Of a stretch of 64,000 nt of DNA, positions 51,882 to 63,162 are shown piece by piece. Source of the DNA: Fimbriosthenelais zetlandica (Eukaryota). Position numbers and translations under genes: made by a program. Every line of letters starts with the position of its first letter. Positions within the stretch are counted from its first letter, which is position 1. The notes below the pieces were generated by a model, which was not told the origin of the DNA, searched no databases, and saw nothing but the letters and a program-made list of their open reading frames with translations. The stretch is taken from positions 44,578,001 to 44,642,000 of the forward strand of contig OZ365110.1 of assembly GCA_977030845.1 (NCBI GenBank). Reading direction: 5' to 3'.

Positions 51882-52359
51882 GACAGGATGTCTTCACTCT
51901 GTACTAGAATATAAAACGAAGAAAAAATGTATTAAGAGACAAGACAATAGGCCTATGATTTTCTAAAATGTAAATTCTAGACGAGATCATAAAAATGTAA
52001 ACGCTGAATTATGCCTAATTAATGCATAGTATTAATAATTATTTAATTATCTGGGTGACACTTTGGCAGCACAGGTATAGACTATATGCATATATGTGCC
52101 CGTTTATATTAATTTGACAGACTGACACCCGGCTATATGCCTATAGTCAATGATAGTCCCCTAGGCCTAAATTGTAAACAATCTCAGATCTGAGCCGGGT
52201 GGGCGATAATAGAAGATTTTTCAATTTAAAGTGAGAAATATCATGATGTATGAGTTTATTAAACGTGAATATGTCGGAAATATTTTTGTATTTAACTTAT
52301 TCAATGCGAAACTGACAAATATCATTAGTAAAAGTCAAACGGGAGTAAATTATCAATGC

Positions 52360-52483
52360 TTACCTGTTCAGAGATTTGTCTCGTTGTTTAGGTAAATTTT
52401 TGAGATCTCGCAGTCAGCGTGAGTCTCGTTTTCAACGAGATTGGCGGTGTCTGCTGAAATTTGTTCCGCTGTAAGCATCCACT
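52360..52483. promoter_or_regulatory. Probable bidirectional promoter PIGG / DBT
   Basis: Divergent ATGs at 51881 and 52484. A minus-strand donor near 52364 suggests a PIGG 5' UTR exon, and the patch is locally CpG-rich. Confidence 0.5.
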
Positions 52484-55426
52484 ATGGCCGGTATCGTCTG
52501 TTTTAGAGCGTTTTCTCGCAATCTGACACGACTCCAAGTTTCAGTGAGTTTTTATGGATTGTTTTATATGAATGTCATTAGTTATTGGCTAACATTTCCT
52601 AATTCCTGACCTTGTTTTCGCTCAGAAACCCTTGAAACAAGCGTGAACGGGACTGAACCAGGCTCCGTCAACGTCGTCCTTGTCGGGCTTGTGCAAGGCT
52701 TGGTCCGTGGCTTGGAGGTGGTGGCTTGCCCTGGGACTGGCCTTGGGCAGGGGCATAGCCTACCGTATAAATTCGAATAGTCTGTCCACTATCTACATTG
52801 TTTGAAAGTTGTATGTATCATTTGGTGTCTTTCATTTCTAGGGTTTACGAAGACTTCATTTTCCAAATGGGTCCAGATACTGTCGGTCTCTGACTGCGCT
52901 GTGTAGGCAGAACCAGAAGTTGGAATGTGTTAACAAGCCCAGTGGCAATCCACCCACCAGAAGCTTCTTCACAAGTACAGGTGCATAGACAATCAATAAG
53001 CCTGATTTCGTCCTTATTGATATACTGTAGTGCCGGTAATAAATTATACGATATTTTCAATATCTAGTTTTCCAGGGGAAGATTGTGCCATTTACACTGT
53101 CTGACATTGGTGAAGGGATTCGAGAAGTGAACGTGAAGGAATGGTTTGTCTCTGAAGGAGATCGAGTAGCACAATTTGACAGTATTTGTGAAGTTCAGAG
53201 TGACAAAGCATCAGTGACCATTACGAGTCGATACGATGGTATCATCCGCAAGAAATATTACGAAGTAGATGACACAGCGCTCGTTGGGGGTGCTCTGGTT
53301 GATATTGAGTTGGAAGATGGGGTCGAAGGTAAATTTGCATTATAAATATTTTTTAATGTGTTATGTTAGGCCAGACATTTCGGCCGACGAAAATTTAAAA
53401 AGTAAGATAAAAATTTTTAAAAAAAATCATTATAAATCTATAAAATTCATTATAAATCTATATTAAAAAAACAACTTTTTCCTTATAATTATAAGCTGTG
53501 GTAAGTAAAGCGTACGATCACCCAGGTAGTTCTCAGTCTTGTGCCTCCTATACCTATATAATTAAACCTATTATATTATATAATCACATAATTTAAAACA
53601 AATTTAATTACAGATTCCATGGAGGCGGGGCAGGTGGACCAGGAAGATATTGCAGTTGCCACTCCTGATCCTAGTTCACATATCATGCAGGACGTTAAAG
53701 GTGCCAAAGTGTTGGCCACACCTGCTGTCAGAAGACTTGCCTTGGAAAACAAAGTAATTGGTTATCCGCGCACTTGATATTTTAAATAATATTTCTCTAT
53801 CTCCCACTTTATAGTTTGTCTTGTGGACTAAATCTATCTTCTCTTCATTTTATAGATACAGTTAAATGATATACGAGGGACAGGGAAGGATGGACGAATA
53901 TTAAAAGAAGACATTGTGGCATTCATTGACCGTGGTGGAATTCCTCCTGGTATGAAATTATTAATAATGTATTCGTCTTATGTAATATATTGCAAATACC
54001 GGTATATATTGGACTATCAGTAGATCAAACTGTAACGCTAAATTTGTTTTTTTAGCTCCTCCATCCACTGGGCGAGCACCTCCCTCTCCAGAACCTATGG
54101 TCTCCAAGCCTCGTACTCCTGTGACTCCTTCCAAACCAACTACCCCTCCTGCTCCAGTCCGCCCCTCTCCTGTAGTCCTGGGTAAGGACACAGTAGAAGC
54201 CATCAAGGGTATAAAGAAAGCTATGGTGAAGGTTATGACTCAGTCTCAGTCCATCCCTCATTTTGGTTACTGTGATGAGATTGATCTCACTAATCTGGTT
54301 GGAACCAGAAACAGCTTGAAGAAACTGTCTGAAGATCGCGGGGTTAAGTTCTCCTACATGCCAGTATTTATAAAAGTAAGAGTAAAAGTAATTTAATACA
54401 TAGGTTCTTCAATTCAGAGAATGTCTAGCGAAAAAATACCATATATTATAAGATATTAAATGTAATTAAAAATTAGAAAAAAGTGGCAATTATCTTATGA
54501 ATTAAAATGTATACTATAAAACTTGCATTTTTTTCCAGGCATGCTCCTTGGCTCTTACCCACTACCCAATACTTAATGCTTATGTAGACGATAATTGTGA
54601 AAATTTAACTTACAAGGTTGGTATATATATATGCTTTCACTTAAAGTCAATTCAGCTGTAATACTAATCTCCTAAATTCAACTTTCTAAATGGGACTTGT
54701 ATTTGTAGTTATTTTTTAAAAGTGGTTTAATTTTTGGTGGTTTTCTCTTTTTTCAGGCATCCCACAACATAGGCTTTGCATTGGACACGGCTGATGGACT
54801 TGTCGTTCCCAATATCAAGGACGTGCAGGTGCTCAGTGTGTTTGAGGTAGCTAGTGAATTAAATCGCCTCATGGCTTTGGGACTGGAAGGAAAACTGGGA
54901 CCTGAAGATTTAACAGGTGGAACATTTACCATCTCCAACATTGGATCAGTAAGTATATCCTAGGACTTTGAATTGGAATTAATAATTTTTTCATCCACGG
55001 TTCCCAGCCTTTAATTCGTATGAAACATTATCCACTTCAGATTGGTGGAACATATGCCAAGCCTGTGATCATGCCACCTAGTGTAGCGATTGGAGCCATT
55101 GGAAAAATACAGGTAAATGTTTCTAATTGCCCTAGTAAATTCATAGAAGTTCTCGTCTAAATATCCATTGTCCTTATAAAATAACTCATTTAAAAAGCTT
55201 ACAATTGAATTTGAAATGGTTGTACTTATAAAATTTAACATTGTCTCCATTCCAATAGAAACTTCCTCGGTTCAACGAGAAGAATGAGGTGTACCCTGCA
55301 CACCTAATGCAGGTGAGCTGGTCCGCCGATCACCGCGTCATTGATGGAGCAACCATGGCACGCTTCTCTAACTTATGGAAATCCTACTTGGAAAACCCAG
55401 CTACCATGATCCTCGATTTGAAATAG
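52484..55426 (+). CDS. DBT: Dihydrolipoamide branched-chain transacylase E2 (BCKDH E2), 10 exons
   Basis: Mitochondrial presequence, lipoyl domain ([10 protein letters not shown]...[17 protein letters not shown]), E1/E3-binding domain ([10 protein letters not shown]...[12 protein letters not shown]) and catalytic [17 protein letters not shown]. Confidence 0.97.
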
Positions 55427-57489
55427 GAACTCCCTTTATTCATTTCCACAGTATTGGTAGTTTTTCACCTTTTAGCACGAGTAGGGAGTATTAGGGCATT
55501 TATACCGCCTGTATTTTCTTGACACGATGCTGCTATTTTTTGCGAGAGATGCTTTATTTTCCTTTTTTCGAATATTCTCAATAGATCCCTATCAGACTGA
55601 AAATATTTGGTAGGTGAACTTTTCAGGTGTCTCACTGGTTTTAAAATTTATCTTTGTGCACCTCGATTTTCTTTAGGAGGAACCTAGTACATAATTAATT
55701 CCTGAACAAAATGTGATTTTCCGACAAAATTTCAATTCATTTTCAGGCCTGTGTGGGCCAAAAAGTAGACTTTTGTGTCTGGACAATTGCAAATTGGTCC
55801 TGCAAAATTCCTGGAAATTTTATCTCTTCTATTAAGTCCATGAACTCTGAAAAGGATCGGCGGAGAAAAAATTTATCGCCAATTTGATATCAAAATGTAA
55901 AGTTTATTCCGATCATACCCTGTATTTATCATAATATGACGCAATGACGACCTATACTTTTAAAGCAATAATATGTTTTTGACTGGCTGATAAACAGAAT
56001 GCATGAATGTAATATCATATCAGAAGCTCAAATTGTTAGTCGCGAGCTCCACAATTTATGTTTGCTTATTGATGTAGTAGGAGTTGCTGTGATAAATGTT
56101 GGAACGTATTGAATTATGAGCTATGGAAAAGTTTAATTCCTTTATCTGTCCTCGAGATTACACAGTATTCCCACTTTACGTATTGGAGGTATGGGTGTTC
56201 AGTTAAACTAAATCTTTGGAGGATCAAATGAACATAAAATGTAGTATAATTGGGAAAACAATGATCTTTTGCCAGGTGTCATAAATAAATTAAATTAGAT
56301 TTAAATCACTATGTAATTATGGAAATGAAATCGTTGCGCAATCAGAATGTTCACCAGAAAACTTTTTACTGGTAGTCTTGCTGCATCACTGGGTTTAACT
56401 GAACATCTTAATTAGTTCACATGTTAACTCCTCCGTGACTATGAATCATGAAAGACAGATTTAAATAATCCCTATCTGACAGAACCCAGATATCATTCCA
56501 GTAATGCCAATGCTTTAATTTGACTCCTGATGCACATTTGAGTTCTGATGCACATTATTTAACAAAAGTAATGAATGTACTGCAGTTTCTAAGACTAATG
56601 TATTTTGGACTGTGCGGTTTTAAGGCACCAATCAAGAAGAACCGCGATCTGCTAAACAAACTTTTACTAAAATGCCCAGGCACGAATCAAATCTGGAATT
56701 TGTATCTTTGGTTCAGGGGAAAATTTGTAATACATTGTGTATTATGCGTATATATTTATGTAAACCTCACGGTAAAGATTTCATCACAAATCCTAGTCCT
56801 GTAGTTCTGCAACGCTTAGGGTGATGTTACAGTGTCAGGGTAAGTTATGTAGTGCATGTACATAGCGTTTGAACACTTAGGAAGGTTGCCTGATGGAATT
56901 TAACACGCATATTAAACCAACATTGTAACCAATGCAAATAAAGGTTTAGAGCACACTGACCAGAAAAATAACGTGATAAATTCTTTCGATTTCGGACATT
57001 TTTCACCCACTCACACTGATGAGAGCTGTGAGAAATAGAGACCATCACAAATTAAACCAATAATGATTTTTAGTTATGAACGCGTGTATCTGAAATGGGC
57101 GCATCTGTGTCAATATTATCCAAAATATTTAGGCCCCTAGTAATGTTTGAGTATGGCAAATGAGCATCTCTCCTCCCTGTCTTTACTAATCTTGGCCTAA
57201 AACCCTGAAGTTGTGAGGGTTAAACAGATTTTACTTAGGTTTGAGAATTTAAACCGTAAAACCTTTTACAGGTACTTGTATCTATGAATTTCTGAAAAAT
57301 AATACTAATAGTTTCAAGCACTAAAACATTTATTTACATGTAATCACCGACAAGGAAGGCATCATTGTATATATTTAAGTCCATAGCAACAGTTTCCTGG
57401 TTAATAGAAATCTTGATGATCGTGGCTAACGTTAACATTTAAACCCATCCCATTCCTCAATGTATAAATCCTCATATTAATGTAAATTT

Positions 57490-59946
57490 TCATTTCTTCT
57501 TGTTCTTGGCAACTTGTCGTCTTTTCTTTCCGGGTCTTTGCTGTCCACCGCCCTGTAATATACATAAAAATTCGTCTCAAGTACATAATTACAATATATA
57601 TATAAAAAATATATGTATACAAATCGCCACGGGTACACATGTACTATGATTTTATTTCCTTGGATGAGACTGGAGATTTGGAGATAAATGAGCAGTTATT
57701 ATAATACTGAAGTTGCTTACCTTGCCCTTTTTGCCGGGTTTTGATCCGTGTTTTCTCTTGCTGAAGCCTGACATGTCAGCTGCGCTTTCAGCTGTGTTGT
57801 ATTTGGACCGTTTCTTCTGTCCTCCAAACCCAAATTTCAAATTTTTAGCTTGCCTCTTCTTATTGGGTCTGCAAGCACAAAGTGGTAAAGAATCCATCAT
57901 ATTATAATTCATTAATACAAAAACATACGTATCAAATCATGATGAGTGGAATTTGAAAGTCTCCGAGCAAACGTCACTAGCAAGTGAAATGAAACTATCA
58001 AGAGATGGAAAGTGAAGTAGACTTACTGGAATAACTGTTTTCCTCCCTTTGGCTGTCCCTTATCTTGCTGCTTATTTTGCCTGGGACCGTCATCATCCAG
58101 GAAATCGAGATTGGCCAATTTACCTGAAATAAATCAGAAATTGTTCATAAATAGGTGAACAAAATCAACAAATATGAATATGTTTATATATTGATAATCC
58201 ATGAATTAACAATTATATAAATATACAAATGTTGATACCAACCTTTCCTAACTTTTCTCACTTGTTCCATCATATCCTTCTTGTCTTTTTGTCGCTTGGC
58301 CAAGACGTCCTGCTGAACCTAAATTTAAAAGAAAAACTTTGGATTTACTCTACGCACAGATTACGCGATATCGCTGACCACGTTTGCATTTAAAAATAGA
58401 AATCATCACAATGACGCATATTTCACCTATCACACCTACCTTCTTTCCATATTTTCTCAACTCCCTCATTTTCTTGGCCTTCTCTGACCTTTCAACTGAC
58501 ATCTGTTTGGAAAGCAACTTCTCTCGGACCTAGAAGGAAAGCAACGCTGAGGTCAAAAGCTGCGATTTTTGTATTTTGCTCAGCATTCATTTAACTAAGT
58601 TAGAACCACATTTTCTTTGAAATAATATTAATTAATATTTGTTTTTGACATATAACTTCACTAACAACTTGATATCTTCGACTTTCACGTCTGAACCATA
58701 TTCATATATTTTTATGTGGGCTTGTGTACGGCTGCTAAGAGCTCCCAGGTTAACAATGTCATGCAACAAAAAATACCTTCTTCATATGAACATCGGACTT
58801 GGCCATTTCTGCCATGTAATCATCTGGTCGACGTGTAGGGATTCCCATAGACTGGAGTCGAGGCAAACCTTCTAAAACAGCAGCTTGTGCTTGCCTATAA
58901 CTATAATATTAAATGCACATTAGTGAATATTTAGTGATTAGTGAATAGCAAAAGGGGTCTACCGTATAGATTTATATAGCAAATGAAAATGAGATAATTA
59001 TATCATCATAAAATGACAGTGATATACCGGTAAGGTAATCTAGGGAACTGTAAACCCTAAAAGGGTATAGGCATATGCATATTAAATAACATAGGTTAAC
59101 ACATAATACTTACAACTTCATTTCTCGTTTGAAGTCATTGTGAACACTATTGGTGTCGTCCTGAAGTTGGTCCAGCTCCTCTAACGCCTTGGGTGCTGGC
59201 GCTGGATCATTAGTCAAATCCAGTCGTTCAACCCATGGTAAATCCGCTTTCAATTCTTGTAGAATCGCCTTCAACCCTGCCTGTTGGAAAACAACCCGTC
59301 ACTGTGACTCCTAGCATAGGACTATAATATGGACATAGACATATTCCTATCATTATCATATTCTTTTAATGTTTTATCCTTTATTTATCTTTCTATTTTT
59401 TTGTATTGATCCTTATTTATATTTTCTTATTTATCTATTTATGTATTTAGTTCAGCGCCTTTGCAGACATTTTAGTTGATATATGGCGCTATATAAATTT
59501 ACTATTATTAATAGTCTTCCTTCTACCTGTAGTACTAGTAGGCTGTACTTACCACATTGTTTATGGATTTGGTGGGAGCTTGAAAAGGGACATTTAATCC
59601 CGATGATTTTAACAGTCCTGCGGCAAAGGCGACTTGCAGCTTTGGAAGAAAAGTTCACAGAATTAATACGAATGAGAATAAACCAAATTTAATCAAACGA
59701 TCCATACGTATATTGCCTAATGCTAAACAAGCTAATGGAACACATGGCAAGACTGGGCGACAATAGGGGAAGAGTACAAATCGTCTTGTTTCCAAACAAA
59801 TCAAGACATCCTAGCTTCCAAAATAAACTCTTCTTTCCTCGACCACGTGAAAGTGAAAAGTTATACATGAAAGGTTATGTACATCGTAGAATATTTACCT
59901 CTTTATCGGACTCTGTACTTCCCACACTTTCGCTGTCGCTCGCCAT
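57490..59946 (-). CDS. EBNA1BP2: rRNA-processing protein EBP2, 9 exons
   Basis: LQVAFAAGLLK, LPWVERLD, NDFKRE, YRQAQAAVLEGLPRL...RPDDYMAEMAKSDVHMKKVR, KKVQQDV, KFGFGGQKKRSKYNT and RPGKKRR. Confidence 0.95.
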
Positions 59947-60037
59947 GTTGATCTGAGACACAACACTCCCGCCACCTAACGGTGGACTCCAACATCTTAC
60001 CGGAAGTTGCACATGGAGCTACTACCTGGTTGTTAAT

Positions 60038-60053
60038 ACACTAGATGGCGCCA
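60038..60053 (+). promoter_or_regulatory. CTCF-like motif ACACTAGATGGCGCCA upstream of EBNA1BP2, with an ETS motif CCGGAAGT at about 60000-60007
   Basis: Close match to the CTCF core consensus CCASYAGRKGGCRS, with one mismatch at the first position. Confidence 0.5.
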
Positions 60054-60818
60054 CCATCAAGTGGGAGTTGGCTCAGAAACTCAATGGTCGGGGGTTTTAG
60101 CCTTAAATTAGGTCTATAAATTTGTCTATATATTAAAAATAAAATTTGGAGAATTAAAAGTCAGAGGAAATAAAATTTTGAACTTTATTTCTCAACAACT
60201 AATTAGGCCTACATGAAGTAAGGTATCGGTTAAATATCTCGTCTGTGAATCGTAGGCTACAATTCACAGGAAACTGGTAACTAAAAAACCCGACATCACA
60301 ATAACAAAGGCTGACTAATGTAAACAAAAGATAATTAAAACCTACACCACAGTCTAACACGAACTAAATATACTCAACAAACTTAAAGTTTTAACCAAAA
60401 AAAAACTTTAGTAATCTTAATAAAACTGTCGTGTATCATGTCGCCTGCCTACTATAGAGAACTAATCTCTAGGACACAACAATCTCGATATGTAAGTAAC
60501 ATAATATATCATATATCAGAGATTCCTCAAGTGGACGGATAAATATATAAAAATAATGGACAGATAAAAATATGCCCTAACCACTCACAAAATTTCACCA
60601 CTATTCGGGAGATTTCTGGCAACTTCATCCTTTTACATGTGCACACCATGTTTTAAACCAAAAAGGAAAAATAGCTGCCTTCAAATCGATAAGCTATAGA
60701 GAGAAAGCACCATTCATAATATCAAGGATACTGCTATTTGTGAGAAGTTAAAGTTTGTTTTCTGGGGATTAATGCTCTCTGTGTCAGTGTGAGATTCAAT
60801 GATCATCTTGTGTGAGGA

Positions 60819-63162
60819 TTATGGGGATGGTATCTGTTTGTAGAACTCCAGCTGGGCCTGAACAAACCAGTAGATGGCTCGGTATACAATTTTTTTCTTG
60901 ACATGAGTTTTGTCTGTCGGGTATTTTTTGTAGTTGTAATAATCCCGTGCGCCTTTCAGTGCCTTTCTCATGGTCTCCCTATTCCAGGGAGAGGCTTGTT
61001 TGGGGAGCTTCCATTTGCCATTTTCTGGTGGGAACTCCACGTACACGAAGCGGAGAAAACGCTCAAAATCATCTACACACGTCACCGCCTCCCCGATCAC
61101 TTTGTCTAGCGACTCCTTCACGGCTGCAAAAAACAAAATCAGCAAAAAACATCAAATATGAGCCATCGCCTCAAAGAGTGAAAATTGAACATATGTAAGA
61201 TGATAAACTGTACATAATCTAAATCTGGGATGGGAGCAGCAATAAACAGTCGATTAGCATTAAGGCATTCAGTGAATTATTATGAATACAAGGTGTGAGG
61301 AGACAGAGTAACTCACCTTTCTCAGCCTTGATGATCAGTTGGTTGCAGTTGACAAGCGCGTGGTATTCCATCATCCTACTTTTGACTTCAGATCGAAAAA
61401 GGAAGTCTGGTACTTTAGCACATGCTTGCTCAATGATCCAGCCAATGTTAGTGATGGTCTTTGACACTGACCGACACTCTTCAACTTCAATTGAAGCGGA
61501 GGCTATGGCGATGGAGACCACTTGAAAGAAGCCAGTGGCCGCCAGTGCCGGAGGCATGCGTACTAGTTCCATCAACATACCGAACAGAGCTGTTTCGGAC
61601 TCATCGAAGCTGTCAAGGTGAGTCATTTCCTCAGAAAACTTCTTCCTCGATGTCTCCACTTGTCGGCACCAGGATGGGTCGTTGCCGTATTGGAGCGCCT
61701 TGCTGAAGTAGTCTACAGTGTTCATCACCTGTCTCCATACATGGGTCATGCATCTTTTAACGGCTGCCAGGTAGAAGCACGACTTGGAGGACGCCATGGC
61801 TAAGTTCTTATAGGCTGAAGCTTTCTCCTCGTTGAGTGTGGCAGCAGACAGTGCTTTCTCATACAGGGTGAGCGCCTTGTGAAGCAGTTCCAGGTTAACA
61901 ACGACTGACTGCGTCTGACCGACCTCAATGTAGTACTTATTACCCGCCTTACGCAGGCTTACAGAAGCGCTGTCAGCTAAATCAAAATAAATCGATATCT
62001 TTAAATTCACAATCGGACCAGCAGGTTCTTACAGGACTAGCAATCATATTTAACTTAAGTGGACAATAAAGGAAAGGTACATGTTCATTAAATAGTGGAA
62101 TAATTTACCTTCATCTCCACAGGGTTTAGCTGGACCTTGAGCTGGTTTGGTTGGTTTAGCTGGACCTTGAGCTGGTTTGGTTGGTTTAGCTGGAACTTCC
62201 GCTGGTTTGGTTGGTTTAGCTGGACCTTCAGCTGGTTTTGTTGGTTTAGCAGGACCGTGGGCTGGTTTTGTTGGTTTAGCTGGACCTTGAGTTGGTTTGG
62301 TTGGTTTAGCAGGACCTTGAGTTGGTTTGGCTGGACCGTGGACTGGTTTGGTTGGTTTGGCTGAACCTTGAATTGGTTTGTTTGGTTTGGCTGGACCTTG
62401 GGCTGGTTTGGTTGGTTTAGCTGGACCTTGAGCGGATTTGGTTGGTTTAGCTGGACCTTGAGTTGGTTTGGTAGGTTTGGCTGGACCTTGAATTGGTTTG
62501 GTTGGTTTGGCTGGACCTTGAATTGGTTTGTTTGGTTTGGCTGGACCTTGAGCTGGTATGTTTGGTTTGGCTGGACCTTGTGCTGGTTTGGTTGGTTTAG
62601 CTGGACCTTGGGCTGGTTTGGTTGGTTTAGCTGGACCTTGAGCGGATTTGGTTGGTTTAGCTGGACCTTGAGTTGGTTTGGTAGGTTTGGCTGGACCTTG
62701 AATTGGTTTGGTTGGTTTGGCTGGACCTTGAATTGGTTTGTTTGGTTTGGCTGGACCTTGAATTGGTTTGTTTGGTTTGGCTGGACCTTGTGCTGGTTTG
62801 GTTGGTTTAGCTGGACCTTGTGCTGGTTTGGTTGGTTTAGCTGGACCGTAGACTGGTTTGGTTGGTTTGGTTGGAACTTTTTGGTGCCTTTTGGACTCTT
62901 CTTCATGGTCATGATTACAGAGAGAACAGAGTGGAGATGGGAAGTCCAGGAGGTGGCGGTAGTCATCGTAATCTGTGATTGATCTCTTCATCTCAGCTTC
63001 AGTGCGTGGATCATAGCTGCCAGCACACGTCTCATAATGAGATTTGATAATACCTTTCACTGACCAGTGGTTGATAGCTTTCAGACATTCCCCCTTCCCG
63101 CCACATTTACAACCATCCTCATCCATGATATGCTTGATGCCTGGAGGTAGATTAGACGCCAT
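60819..63162 (-). CDS. Uncharacterised protein of about 672 aa: Cys/His-rich N-terminus, decapeptide repeat, TPR-like helices, degenerate J-like C-terminus. Exons 63162-62109, 61976-61317, 61123-60819
   Basis: Three long ORFs join in frame through phase-1 GT-AG introns. An acceptor lies 2 nt before the ATG, so an upstream exon exists and the N-terminus may be longer. Confidence 0.8.
62121..62878 (-). repeat. Coding minisatellite, 30-bp unit, about 25 copies, encoding GPAKPTKPAQ variants
   Basis: Plus-strand unit GCTGGTTTGGTTGGTTTAGCTGGACCTTGA. One copy is shortened to 21 bp, so the frame is preserved. Confidence 0.97.

Noticed and set aside
55500-55925. Tc1/mariner-like end (ATACCCTGTA) in the DBT 3' region
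   Set aside because: No matching opposite TIR was found. It is probably a repeat relic but cannot be delimited.
58395-59015. C-box-like RTGATGA motifs and a loose H/ACA-like fold in EBNA1BP2 introns
   Set aside because: No downstream CTGA D box, and the hairpins are too weak to call by eye.
62121-62878. Resemblance of AKPTKPAQGP to the mussel adhesive decapeptide AKPSYPPTYK
   Set aside because: There is no Tyr (DOPA precursor), no visible signal peptide, and the flanking domains look cytosolic. The similarity is limited to AKP and the period.
62088-62982. Long alternative-frame ORFs over the minisatellite (Q/N/P-rich 292 aa on minus, W/F/G-rich 204 aa on plus)
   Set aside because: They are by-products of a stop-poor 30-bp repeat. 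Only the GPAKP frame splices in phase to the downstream exons.
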